Assembly: GCA_022813865.1 (NCBI GenBank)
Contig: JALDZX010000029.1
Location: 62,001 to 126,000 of the forward strand
From: Xylographa opegraphella
Taxonomy: Eukaryota
Length of the DNA stretch: 64,000 nt
Direction of reading: 5' to 3'
Made by a program: the position numbers and the translations under genes. The notes below the pieces were generated by a model, which was not told where the DNA came from, did no database searches, and saw nothing but the letters and a program-made list of their open reading frames with translations. Below, piece by piece: positions 40,647 to 53,728 of this stretch (positions within the stretch are counted from its first letter, which is position 1; each line of letters begins with the position of its first letter).

Positions 40647-42301
40647 AATCTTAACAGTTGCATTCCAGGAGATTATTGAGTATGCATGTGTTGTGGATTA
40701 CGGCGCGGTCACACAATTGGGAGAAAGCCAATCCTTCCTGAATTGGTGACAGCTTCACACGTCGAGCCACAAAGTGGGTGTGCTGACCCTCCACGATGCG
40801 GCCGCCGAATGCTGCAAGACACTACTGCTGTGCGTCGCGAGATGACATGAAGGGTGAAACAACCCAGTCTGATATGCTTGATCGTGCCTAGCTGAGCCAA
40901 AGAGGCTGTGCACTGCGACGGTGATCCTCGACTTTCTCTCGTCCTCATCCTTCGACAGCAACACGCTTCGACCGCACAGGCGGGATTCCATGAACTCTAA
41001 AGCAGCTACTGCTCCGGCCTCAGCTCTGGCTTTCGCGTATATGCACCCATCTGCAGCTCGGAAGGGGCCGCGACAGCGCCACCTGAGTGGTCGACCGGCC
41101 ACGCTGGCAGTTTATAAGAGCTGCGCCCACCTCAATCTGCCCACTTTCGGCATCCGTCCCGGATCAACAGAATGGGGACGACGTTGCCACCACGAAGCAC
41201 AGGTCTCCTCTCCCAAACACGACGATCGTTGCTACAATGGACGCTCACCGCCATCTTTCTCAAACTACCGCGCTCTATTCTTAGGCCGAGCAGTCTGAGA
41301 CAGACGCCTCATGCGACACTTGCCATCCCATGTCTATCAGTATTCCCGGACCACTTCTATCGACCTTGCGCAGCAGCAGCCTACTCATTCGGGTGACTTC
41401 AGCCTCTTGCAGAACCAATGCCGAATTCATCAAGGCGGGAGGATTCTCATGATCTCGGGGTCGAAATCAAGGAACGGCCATTTCGCAGGCTCATAAGGTA
41501 AGCTGCTGGCCGTTTCTGCGGCCTCGAACCTCGTAGCTTGTGTGGAGACCAAGCTGAGAGAACGCGGTTCTGTACAGCATCCGAGGTAGGCTCTTCGGTT
41601 TGATGACCAAGTCGTACAAGCATCGGTGTCACTACTGTCGAGACCGATCAGAACGATCGTGGGTGTCGTCCTACAGTGCATGCGCTACGTTTGTGGATCT
41701 GCATTATCTAATAATTGCTGGACAGCTCCGGCAGACTCCGTTTGGTGCTCCTATTATGTATCTTGCTTTCTTTGAGGACTGGCACAGAATCGTGCTTCCT
41801 ATGTCCGTACGACGAGAAAGACCAAGAGTGCTCCCACAAGCATCTCAACGGGCACATACAACCCAGCGCCGTACGTTTCATGTTTCATGTTCCACGTTCC
41901 ATGTTCCATATTTCGACCTCCCTTCAGCCATCATTTCTCTACCCGGAGCAGATCGCGGCTATGTGCGGCACTTCGGAGGTAAGGGGCCGGCCGGCCTTAA
42001 GGGCATCCAAAGCCTCAGCAAAGCTTGTGAACCCATATGAGGTAATTCACGCAATATCCCAATCGCGCTTGTTGCACCGTGAATGAGCCTACGCGGTCTA
42101 CACTGTAGATGTTGTTCCTCTTCGTCGCGCTCATCTGTCCCTTCGACTTCAGCATCTGTTGGCATACATCAGCTCGTTTTCCGCCGCGTAGTCCTCAAGA
42201 TCGTTGATTCTAACTGTAATTCTAAATCTACTTGTCTTCTCCTTTAATCCTCCACCTGTCATTTCTTTGTGAACAAGGGAGACCTTGGGAAGATTGCAGC
42301 G

Positions 42302-43330
42302 ATGAAGCTCAATCTATCCTTCTTCAGCTTTGCTGTTGTCCTCACCACCTTGCTCCTGGTCAAGACTACAGTGGGCTGGGAGTTCAATATTCCACGTCTG
42401 CATACTCTGCAGCCAGCTGGTCCAAATGTCAATGCCACTGTTCGCTGTAAGTACTTAGAAAGATAATAAGAAGTACTCATTGACTCCTCACCAAACACCA
42501 CCGAAGCTCACACACGCACATCATATGTACATCATTTTTGTGTTCTTATAACGAGAGTATCTTTCCCTAGAACCAGAAGTACCAATGGACTCACCCAATC
42601 ACCCCGACATACCCATTCCTTCCTGTCTTCCACGAACACATTCCTTCCCTATCTTCCATGAACACATTCAAAGCTAACCTCCAACCACCAGTCACTGTCA
42701 CCGATGTCCATGACAACTACGCCACGACTCACTGCTCGACCTCCTTCGCAGAGCCGACGTGGAACTCCACCAAATATCCCACCAGCGCCAGCCCGATCGC
42801 GTGCAAGGACTCTCACTTCGGTTGGTACTTCAGCAGCTTCAGCGGCCTGGGCAATTTCTCCATCAACGTCATCCACACCTACGTCGATCTTGTGTAAGTC
42901 CCATCTCCTTCTCGTCTCCCAGCCTCACCAATCTGCATGAGCACCCCCTACACAGCCCCCTCAACCCTGTCGTATCTCAACGCGTCTCCCCTTTACCTCC
43001 ATATACACCAAATGTCATCCACACCTCCCACCTCTCCCCTCCAGCACACTCACATAATACCCCCCCCCNCCTCCCCTCCTTCCTCAAACAGCCAAAACCC
43101 ACAAACTGACCTCCCTCCCTCCCCCGCATAGCGTCGGTCCCTACCCCCAAACCCTCTTCGGCACCGGCGACCCCATCAACCAAGCTCTGATCCCGCAGTT
43201 CAACTGCTACGTGCTCCAGACAGGCGCGTACGGCTGCGCGTTCGTGGAGCCCGAGTACCCGATCGTGATCCCCGTGACGGGCGTGGTGGCCAAGACGAGG
43301 AAGCGCTTCACCGGGCTGCGCAAGGCCTAG
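42302..43330 (+). CDS. Small secreted protein with 4 Cys, 3 exons
   Basis: Signal peptide MKLNLSFFSFAVVLTTLLLVKTTVG; introns 42447-42691 and 42894-43131 with GTAAGT donors and CTAAC/CTGAC branch points; FTVTD...HCSTSF...ACKDSHFGWYF...NFSINVIHTY...NCY...GCAF. Confidence 0.8.
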
Positions 43331-43731
43331 CTTTGCTATTGTCCCTCCCTGCAATTGCTGGACTGTGTCGTTTCGGGAGTCGTGTGTAGGAGGGGCGAAA
43401 GGGCTTTGCAGGAATGATGGGGAACGGAAAGGCGGGGTTGGTTGTGCATAGTGTGGGATAAGTGTGGTGATTAAGGGAGACGATAGGTGCTGCGTAATGC
43501 TAATGGGCGAGAGGAGGGGCGGAGTGGAACTTTGATCGCAGGGTGTACAGATGCTAATCACGCTGCGGGCAAAAAGTCAAATATCTGAGCCTGTAGCTGG
43601 AATGTGACGTTGTGACTACGTAAGACTCGTTCGCTATAACCTGACATATGTCGCCGTTCCTGACATCCCCGTACATTCCTTGCAGTCTGCATATCCTACC
43701 CTTTTCGAGCGACGCCCGACCTCTGCATTCT

Positions 43732-45604
43732 TCACATCCACTCACCCCCGATCCAGCGGTTGAAGAACTCCAAGCTCGACACCGGCTGGTCGTAGGGTAC
43801 CATGTGTCCCGCGCCATATATCCTCATGAACGTGAAGTTGCCGCTCGTCTTCATTTCTCCAATGGGCGTGCCGTCACCGTCAAGCTTTAGGGGACTGCGA
43901 GATATATTATTGTAGGCAGCCTTGCCGGGCCATTCAAGAGCCTCGGTCCAGGCTTCGTTGCCGAGCCAGTTGCAGATGAAATCAGCATCTCCCTATACAC
44001 CGTTAGCTCCGTAGTCCCCCTTCACTGACCAGTGGTAAGCACTTACGGCGTAGATCAAGACCGGGATCTTCTCGAGGATACCAGGAACCAAGCGATGGAA
44101 TGGCTGCATCCAGTCACCCTGAAACAAGAAGTTGCGGTTGATGTCGAAATTACAGCTCTCATAGCTGCTGACCTCAGCGCCTAGGGCTGATAGCACCTTC
44201 GGCTGATTGAGGTATTTGCTGATACTTCCGAGCATGGAATAGCATAGGTTGCTGGTATCCTCACACTTTCCACGGACATCGTAGACGTTCTGACCGGTCT
44301 TCTGGTATGGCCCAATCATTGCGTTGTTGCAATAGATCGACGCGGGTACACAAGACCATACACTTTCGCTGTTGTAGCAGTTCTCGATGAGAGACAAACA
44401 ACGAGGAAGAGCATTGTCCATAGCCTGACACTCGGTCTTGTCGAGCACTGCTGGCCAACCTCCGTCTCCGCAAGCCATGGGACGATAGTATGGGTATTGG
44501 CTGAGTCCATCAGTCAGGCCATTGCCAATAAGGACCGATTTGAGGTTGATATTCCGCTTCTTGTGGCTAAGAATCTCAGAGGTGAAGACTGGGATATAAT
44601 GACCAGCATATGACTCTCCGGCGATGTGGAAATCTTGATGAGCATATTCAGGGAATTGCTTGAAGAACAATGTCATGAGAGCGTAGACGTCCTTGCCAGC
44701 AGCAATGGTATTACTGACTGAACCTCCACTGTAGGAGTACCCAACATTGACTGGCTGGTCAAGGAAGATGACTGACGCATTCGCATTCCATGAATAAGGA
44801 TTAAAGACGAGGTTGAGGTTGTCATCGACCCTGGATGGACCAAGTTCCATGAAAAGGCCAGTCAACGAAGAACAACCAGGGCCACCATTCAGCCAAAGGA
44901 CAACTGGATCGTTTTCAGGATCATTACGAGACTCGAAGAACCCTGACTATGTATTAGCGGCGTACTTTGGTTATGAATCTGTTCAACATACAGTAGAATA
45001 GATGCTTATCCTCTTCCTCGTCATCCAAATACCCACTGTATTGTTTAACACCAGGGTCGACGCCTAGTTCGCTGGGATCAACCTTCTTCGTTCTTAGATT
45101 GTAGTCCCCTAGTCTGCCATCGATCTCACGTTCCTTCTCGCCCTTAGCATTCTCCACCCAAACCCTCTCAATGTCTGCGCCCTGCGTATAGTGGTCCCAG
45201 TAGTTTTCGGGACGCCTGTGATGCTTCTTCGGCATGGTAGGTTTGATCGCGCTCTTCATTTCCTCTGGGAACATCATAGTAACCTCATCCCAGACAGATC
45301 GCTCCTTGACGCTCAATGAGTCTAGAGTCTCTTGTAACCACTTTGCTGAGCCAAAGGCAGCAGGCTTAGCTTCATCTTCGTGGCAATGATGATGTTCGGA
45401 CGGTCGTTCGATGACTTGTTCCCCTTCGGACTCGGACACACGATCTTCCAGGGAACCCAGGACCTGCTGTCCTGATACCCCTTGCGAGATGAGTTGACCA
45501 GATGGAAGCTTGATGCTTTGCTCTCCTGACCTTTCTATGACCTGGCCAGGAAGAGCTGCAACGGCAGCAGCTCCGATAAGGAGTGATGAGGTAGCAACCC
45601 TCAT
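43732..45604 (-). CDS. cpyA: Vacuolar carboxypeptidase Y (S10 serine carboxypeptidase), 3 exons
   Basis: [68 protein letters not shown]. Confidence 0.97.
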
Positions 45605-46492
45605 GATAAGGTATAGACTGATGTGAGGAGATATATATCTAGATACTGACAGTAGTAACGTACCGAGGAAACAGATCTGAAGAGGTATAGATGAAGCTGA
45701 GAGAGCTTGAGGGGAGGAATGATGATGCTCATGCTGCCTCCGCTACAACAGGCAGGCGCTAACATGGAGGCGGGACGAATCACCGGGGCAATGAGGCCGC
45801 TAGCATGCGTCACGCCCTGGGGTAGATAACGACGGATGTCAGCTGCTTGGTCTCCGACTCTAGACCACCTCCTCCTTGGACAGCGATAATTATGAGTATT
45901 GGATCAAATTATCCTTCTCACAGACTGTGTCGCCGTGACTTGTATCCACGCGCCTGCGCGATCGCGGTGCTCTTGCTACATCTATTCCACACAGCAGATT
46001 GGTGTGCCAAACGGCGTATGCCTTTTTTGCCACGCGGCAACGACCGTAGAAAGAACATTCACGTTTATGAATAGACTCTGGATCCTATACATGAGTGCGG
46101 CCGGTTTCAAGAATCTTTGCTTCTCCTAATCTCGATAAGGTGAGAGTGATGTGTCTTGAAGAATTTATAGTTTTATTTTGAGCAACAGAAATGATTTCCA
46201 TGCATTGAATATATTGCTTCCGCTAATATCAGGCTACATATTGGGGCATTCACAGTTGCCATGATTTAGTGAGATGATACAACCTTGGTGACTGTCCAAA
46301 TACTACCGTACTTGTCTTCATATATGCGCATATATGCGTTTTATCCTGTTCTGTAATCAGTAAGGTGAGCTTAAAAAGATACTCATCTATGTACTCACCG
46401 ACGTTCAACTCCCAAATTTACATGACCAACCGTTGAACTCGGTATTGTAATCATTCCCCAGGAAATTCAGGCGTCCCAACCCCGAGTTGACC

Positions 46493-47554
46493 TCATTCAA
46501 GATGCCTATGCCTCTCCGCCACCTTCCCCAACATCCCTTTCATCTCCCTCTTCCTCTCGTCCCCGCACCAACTGCCCCCTATCGAGTTCTCCGCAATCCC
46601 CATCCACTCCTCCATGCTCAGCCCAAACGCGTCCTGCACCGCACAATAATTATCCAAGATATAGCCGCCAAAGTACGCCGGATCGTCACTATTCACACTG
46701 AACCGCACCCCTTTCCGCAAAAATTCCCGTATCGGCAACTGCCCCACGTGCTCCACGCACCTCAAGCGCACATTGCTCAGCGGACACACCGTGACTAGCA
46801 GGCCTCGCTCCGCCACCTCCCTCACCAGGGTCTCATCGCCCGCCATGCGGATGCCATGATCCACGCGCTCGATGCCCAACTTCTCCAGCGCCTCACGCAC
46901 GCTCTCCGGCCCGCCTTCCTCTCCCGCGTGGGCCGTCCGCCGCACCCCCTTCTGCGCGCCCAGCGCGTAGACCTGCTCGAAGAGCCCCGCCGGGAAGCCG
47001 ACCTCGCTGCTGTCGAGCCCCAAGCCCATCAGCACGCTATCGTCGAAGTGGCCCTTCCCATGCGCCAGCTCGAATGTCCGCTCCGCCTCCGACGCCGGCA
47101 GATGCCGCAGGAAGCACAAGATCAGGCCGGTGGTCATGCCGAGCTCACGCTCGGCGCGGCGACACGCGCGGGTGAAGCCGTCGACGACGGTGTCGTAAGC
47201 CACGGCGCGGCCGGTGTGCGCCTGCGGGTCGAAGAAGACCTCGGCGTGGACGACGCCGTCAGCGTGGGCGCGCTGGAAGTATTGCCAGGCTAGCAGCTCG
47301 AAGTCGTCGGCGTGCAGCAGGACGCTCATGCCGATGAAGTAGTAGTGCAGAAAGTCGTCGAGCGAGGCGAAGGTAGTGTAACGATGAAGCAGAGCGGAGG
47401 GAGAGGCAAAGGCGGGGTCGGAGGTCGGGAGCGCGATGCGATTGCGGGCGGCGAGGGTGAAGAGGAGGGAGGGGGAGAGGGAGCCCTCGAGGTGCATGTG
47501 ATGCTCACATTTGGGAAGTGCAACGAGGAAAGGGTGAAGGGGGGATTTGCACAT
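46493..47554 (-). CDS. AAH1: Adenine deaminase (adenosine deaminase family), intronless
   Basis: LPKCEHHMHLEGSL, FASLDDFLHYY, HAEVFFDPQAH, GLDSSE, TAHAGEEG, RVDHG, TVCPLSN, NSDDPAYFGGY. Confidence 0.95.
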   Translation of the reverse strand: MCKSPLHPFLVALPKCEHHMHLEGSLSPSLLFTLAARNRIALPTSDPAFASPSALLHRYTTFASLDDFLHYYFIGMSVLLHADDFELLAWQYFQRAHADGVVHAEVFFDPQAHTGRAVAYDTVVDGFTRACRRAERELGMTTGLILCFLRHLPASEAERTFELAHGKGHFDDSVLMGLGLDSSEVGFPAGLFEQVYALGAQKGVRRTAHAGEEGGPESVREALEKLGIERVDHGIRMAGDETLVREVAERGLLVTVCPLSNVRLRCVEHVGQLPIREFLRKGVRFSVNSDDPAYFGGYILDNYCAVQDAFGLSMEEWMGIAENSIGGSWCGDERKREMKGMLGKVAERHRHLE

Positions 47555-50500
47555 GGTGATGAGGGCGAGGGAGGTTAAGCAGTTGAGGTACTTCGTATGG
47601 CTTGCCAGGAACAAAGCTGGAGGTTTGACGGTTTCGATGCAGAACTCTGCGTGCTGACATATACAGATTCCACGCAGGAAGTCCGTAGTTTTGATACCAG
47701 TACTCGAATTACCCATGCGGTGCACAGTTGTCAGTCTTGGCCGCTGCCGTTCCGTGTTCAGCGTTCATGCACGAGTGCTCATGCCCGCCAGTCAGTGTAC
47801 ACCGTGTAACCCTTCGAATGGGCCCCCTTCATGTGGATCACGATATAGTTTTCCTTGGTACCTATGCAGGAGTTCCGTCTTCTTCAGGCTTCAGCTATAT
47901 CACTTGTGCCATCGCGCCACAGCCACGCCTTGGATCGATGTCACACCGCACAGGCCATCTTTGGGACTTTGGATAGCTGAAGCACAGACCAGCCCTTCGT
48001 GCTCTGACGTCGATGGCTGAGTGCTTTGGAAATTGCATGGCGCTGATCTCTTCCTTCGAAGCAACGGCTGTTCCTCCCGTCTCTCCCACCTTCCGCCTTC
48101 ACAACTAGCCTGTGTAAGAGCCGGGCTCTAGGTTTGCGGTGTGGAGTTTCGGTAGTATGAAAGCCGACTGGGTGCTGGAGCTCTTCCGCACAACCTGTGC
48201 ATTTCCTGAGCAGTCATATTCCCTATTCGCAAGTTGCAGACGATCTCGGAAATGCTACAGACAAGCGCCCTGCAGCCAGCCACTTCAGCCTGCATTAGTG
48301 CAATCTCGAGAGATGTGGCAGTACCTTATGGCAGATGAACACGGAACAGCAAGGTGGGCAGGGGTCAGAATGTTGGGTGTTGGAGGTTGTACCCTAAGGA
48401 GCATGGTGGAAGACGTGCCGCTGCTGACATGGAAGATCTACTGATAACTAGCTCGGTGGGAATTCAAAGCCATGGAATCCGATTGGCCTTCCGCGGACCA
48501 CTTCCACCGAAGTATGGGGTAACGTCCGAGGAGTACGGAGTAACCAGCCTCGTATCATGTCATCATACGCGACCCCAAAATGCTTGAAGCGCACTTCATA
48601 TCCTCCGAACGCATCTATGCCATCACCTGTTCGCATTGAGAAGCGTTTTATGAGAAGAGGGCCAGCAAGTGTAGCGCCTCCCTCGAGTCGCAAGGAGCAT
48701 CTCGTCTCCCGTCGTGGCTTGTGCGCTTGGTCGGCAGTTTTCACTTCATTTCGAGTTGAAGTTGGACAGCATACTCGGTGTGCTGTCCTGGCACAGGATA
48801 TGAGAGGATCGTAGCATGACCCCACTCTACTGCATCATTTGATACATCCTGGGAGACCGATAATTGAAGCCGACCAAAATTGATCTCACGTAAGGATCAG
48901 GGACTCTGCGGAGCGGGAGTTCAGATTGTCAGTGGTAGTACAGGTGACAAGGCCTGGATATATAAAAAGCATGAAAATCACCAAGCATGCGGAGGACGCT
49001 TCTCGAACTGTGGTTCTGACGGGCATGCTTCAGCGCATTATTAGACCAGCACTAGGCGTAAGAAGACATGATATCCGTGGAGATGGAGACGATCCGAGAT
49101 CGACATCACGGCTGTTTCCGAGCTCGGCGCTATCGGAAATAAGCTCACGTCTGGGTGTTCTGGCGCACTGATTCCGACCAGGGAGAGCCTGCGGGTGGAG
49201 GGTGTGAGAGTGGTTGGGAAGAAGACGAGATGTGAGCTGTGTTTTGGCCCGGTTTGGCCAGCATCTGCCGCACGGCGCCATCGTTCGATTACCGCGGTCG
49301 ATGAAATAGGCAACGCAACGGCGGGCATTGACGGAGCACCACGAGCGGTTTTCATTCCCATGCTTGCCTTCGAGCTTGCGGGTCTGGCCCAAATTCATCT
49401 GGGCCAAGCACCTTATCACCAGTTAGCGGCTCCTTTGCCATGGTGATCCTGACGCCCGTATTGACTGGGCATAAGAGCGTGGGGTGTTCTTACTCGGTCC
49501 TATAAAATCATAGCGCCTTTTCTCCGTTTCTAGTCGTTGCTGATCCCCAGCAGAGTAAGTGATCGTCAGGAAGCAACCGGTTCAGGAGGGCAACATCATC
49601 GTCAGGTGTCCAACGCAGGCCGGGGCTGGAGGGCTCCCTCGGACTCATCTGCGGGTGAAAGCAGGGGAAAGGTGAGCTGGAGCTGTTGGTGGTGGGAAGA
49701 TCTCCAACCCTTTGGGACACTTTAGCTCATTCCGTGGCCGCTTCGGGGCAAGCGGCGGGACTGCAAATGGGGGGGCGTCGACGAAGGGTTTTTTGGGTGA
49801 AATTGACACCCGCCGAGCCCTATATGACATTTATCGGTGTAATCAGTTGTCCTCTAAGCTCAAGGCTCAACGTGCCTCGAAGCCTCGACGCCCTTTCTTC
49901 CGTGTGGCCACTCATCTCCACTACACTCCCATCACCCACCATCCACCATCCACCGTCCACCATCCCCATCACCCGCCATCCACACCCGCCTTCCCCTGGT
50001 CCTGACGCCTGCCCGTCCACTTCGACGGGCCGTTCGCTCCCCTTCACCGGCCTCCTGAACCCTCCCATGAGATCGTATTACTCAAAGGTCCGCTTCCCGG
50101 CCCCATAGACCGGTATGGACGCTTATCCGGCGTGTGCCTGCGCGCAAATCCTTCGTTCTTCGATCTTCATCGCCGTCGTGGGGTGCAGCGCCCAAAGCCC
50201 GCCGTACCAGACGGTGAGCCACTCATCACCCCCGAGGTGGTGTGGCGGCCTGGACCTTCGGACTCACCTCTCCTTGCATCCTCACCACCTCACTACCCCT
50301 AGAATGTCCAATGATCCAAACAACCTCCGAGGGTCTTCGTGATCGATGGCCCAGCTTATGCCGCGACTATCATGTTGTGCAAGCCCATGTGCTTCAGCAG
50401 GCCTAGAACGCCGTCGAGCGTTGCCCACGCCTTCCTGACATGGCATTCAGGATGAGAATCGCGGCCGACTTCATGGCCAGCACGACGACCACAACAACGA

Positions 50501-51187
50501 CCACACCCTTGCGCCGCTGGCGACCCTTGCAGGCGCAATAATGGCTATCCGACAACCGATGGGATAACTCTAAACGGCCAGAGTACCGAATGGCACACGG
50601 CAAAACCGGGATCTACCTTTTTTCCATCCTCAATAAACTAGTTTCCTGCACTTCTGGCCGGTGCACGACCAGCATGGCTGTCAATGATCTGCTGGGCCCC
50701 TGCCCGCTCGGGCGATATCTCATTGGGAGGAGTTCACTTTATCCAGTAATTGATCGGTTTTCCATAATGCAACCATTCAGCGGCAAGTCCTCGGTTTAAT
50801 TCTACTTTACCCTGAGCACTCCCTACTTCCCGAAAGAATAATCCCAGAGACTCTGGATACCCGCTTCGGGCCCTGTCAGTTTCCCATTTTCTTAGGGTTA
50901 CACACTACCGCGCAGCCTCTGATGCTCGCGCTTGACTATTTACTCATCCGGCCGACCCTGACCCTTCTTTGAATTTCTCGTGCCTCAATAGACTACCAGC
51001 GGCCCTTGCTGCCGTGCATTATTTGGTTGTCTGCTCGTCTCAATCTAGGTTGTTCGCGCCTTTGCCACCAAAAGAGAAGCTCAAGCCCTGCTCATGTGCC
51101 TTCGATCTTCCAGTACGCCCGTGGTGCTTTGCCGTGACTGGCCGCAAGGGGCGGCGACTCTCGCGAATGAGTATCCTCGTCTGCAAT

Positions 51188-53728
51188 ATGGCCGGGCAGA
51201 TTCCCAATCTCTCTCAAGTGCTACCTCAGTTCTATCAAGCGTCTTCAACGTACGACTCCTCATCGGTTCCGTCAACCGCATCGCCTCATAGCCCCAACAG
51301 TGCAGCTCATGGAATACCTTCTCTTGGAATTGGGCCTACCAGTCGCCCAGACGGCACATCGCAAGTATTACATCCTCAACAACAACTCCCGAATTCTCTA
51401 GCAATGGACTCCCTGCCCAATCGATATCCTCTCGATTACGGCGTTGAATCTGGCAGCGCAGCACGTCAAGACCAATTCAGCGCCGACAGGTTAGGTACGG
51501 ATGCTACGCATTTGACACAAGTCCCAATGTCAGCTGGCGCATTGCAGGCGCAGAAAAGAGCCTATAGGCAACGGAGAAAGGATCCTAGCTGTGATGCTTG
51601 TCGAGAGAGGAAGGTCAAGGTAGGCGCATTCTTACAAAACTTCTCCCATTTCACGGCAGCTTACTTGCATTCAAAGTGTGATGCCACCGATACCTCAAGT
51701 TGTTCGGAGTGTTCCGGCCGAAACGTGAAATGCCAATTTACCAAAGAAACAAATCGACGAATGTCGTCAATAAAGTGAGTCATCCAGGACTGCCTCTTCT
51801 CAATTAAAGACCTGATCGCTGTTCAGACAGGTCCAAGACTTAGAGAAACAACTATTAATTGCTCGGCAAGAAGTCTCTCAACTTCGATCCCGTACAAGAC
51901 CAGATGCTGCTCCTGCGAGCTCCGAGGAGGATCTCATGATGCGATCCCCGTCTTGGGTAGACCCTACATTGGGATCAAGCAAAAGAAGGAAGCTTACCGC
52001 TAGCCACGACTTTGCGACTGTGCGGCGAAATATGGAGACCTATGGAATTGGCGTAGTGCGCGTACCTGGGCGTCGAACAAGCCGCGAGCCGAGTTCCATG
52101 ACTTCCGTCCCTGAATTACCATTGCGTTCTTTAGCGGACAGGCTCCTAGAGGATTACCGAACATCCTTCCAAACGACATTACCGATACTGGATTGGCCTG
52201 ATTTTTTCCGCAAATATGAGGATGTCTACGAGCAGGGCACGCTTCGGAACACACCACGATCATGGATTGCCGTACTCTTCGCCGTCCTCGCTTGCGGTTG
52301 TTTGCGCGAAAGCTGGACAAAGGGAAAGAGATTTATAGAGATGGCAAAGAGTGCGATGGTCTTTCTCGAGAACGACCTTACCTTTGATCATGCTAGATCC
52401 GCCATTCTTACCAGTCTGTTTCTTACCGAGATAAATGAGAGATCAGCGGGATGGATAGCACTCGGTCATGCGATACGCGTCGCTCAGGAGATCGGACTAC
52501 ACCGCGAGACAATTTCAGGCTCATCAGAAGAAGACGAGCAACGCAGAAGGATATGGTGGTCTATCTATGTTTCGGATCGGTAAGCTTGTCATTATGAAAA
52601 GACTCCTGATCATCTTTGCTTACAATTTCACCGTCTAGGCTTCTGTCTTTAGCACTTTCCCGACCACCAGGGATCGATGATGACCATTGTGATTTCAGGA
52701 AGCCAGCCTTGATTGGAGAGACTGAAGAGACTCCTCAGTCATTCTCAAGAGGTTCTGAATCAGTTGTGGCTGTAGATTTACTTACCGAGGTGGCACGGTC
52801 TATCTCCACTGCTCTCAAAGCTGGCAATTCGACAGTAACAAGCGCTCAGAGTATTCGTACCATGAACGAACAGTTCCTCGAATGTTTCGCCAACTTATCG
52901 CCACATCATCAGCCTCACTCAAGCCGCTACATCGATCCGTTCACAATGCTGCCTATTGTGTTCCTTCAAGATGCTCATCTCACAGTTCATCGACGACACT
53001 TGTCACCTTTCTATTCGGCCGAGATTAGGTCCTCGTCAATCGATTCTTGTCTCGGTATTGCGCGGAACACCGCAAATTACCTCGTTCGGACTCTGCGTGA
53101 TCCATCTACGGCGCATGATTCCGAACTGGCTACAGTCAGCTGGAACAACAAGATTAGGTCGGCAGCAAGCGCATTCCTGTGCTTACATATCTGGCGGTCA
53201 AGCCTTATACTTGCATTTGGAGGCGACTACAGGTCAGCACAAATCTGCGCGAGGACCAGCGCTGCCATCGGAGATGCCCGCCCCGTCAACGTTCTGTGTG
53301 GCCGTTATTTGGAGTTCTTCCTACAGCAACTACGGGCAGCACTGCAGCGTGGGGAAGGCTCATACTTGGAACGTAACGAGGATATGCTGGCCTATATATC
53401 CAGCGATCTCCAAAATGATGTGGAGCACGCCTGGATATGGCAAGCCGGTGGTATGAGCAGGACGGAATCAGAAGCAAGAGCTACAGGTGATGCAGCTCCG
53501 CCCCTCAGCCAAGACACAATCGATGTGCCTTGGAATGGTTGGAGCAGAGTCCTTGACGCGCTGGAGGTGCTGGAAGCCCAGCGCCACGACAGACCTGACC
53601 TATACTCGACCAGAGCCAGTCCTCCTAAAAGAGAAGCAGGCTTTTTGAGTCCTCGTACTGAGGCTAATAGTATCGCCGTTAGTCCCGGCGGCACGAATCG
53701 GATCAGCATTGCAGATATAATGCGATGA
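51188..53728 (+). CDS. Zn(II)2Cys6 transcription factor with fungal-specific TF (MHR) domain, 4 exons
   Basis: [43 protein letters not shown]...[35 protein letters not shown]...[13 protein letters not shown]. From memory it resembles the Fow2/McrA-type family, which is unverified. The start could be 51167. Confidence 0.93.

Noticed and set aside
14404..47554. Nuclease, HAD hydrolase and adenine deaminase as a nucleotide-salvage cluster
   Set aside because: They are spread over 33 kb and interleaved with unrelated housekeeping genes.
47555..47725. In-frame upstream extension of AAH1 (MGNSSTG..., myristoylation-like)
   Set aside because: The ATG at 47554 (ATCACCATG) matches the usual family start, and the extension looks like non-coding promoter sequence.
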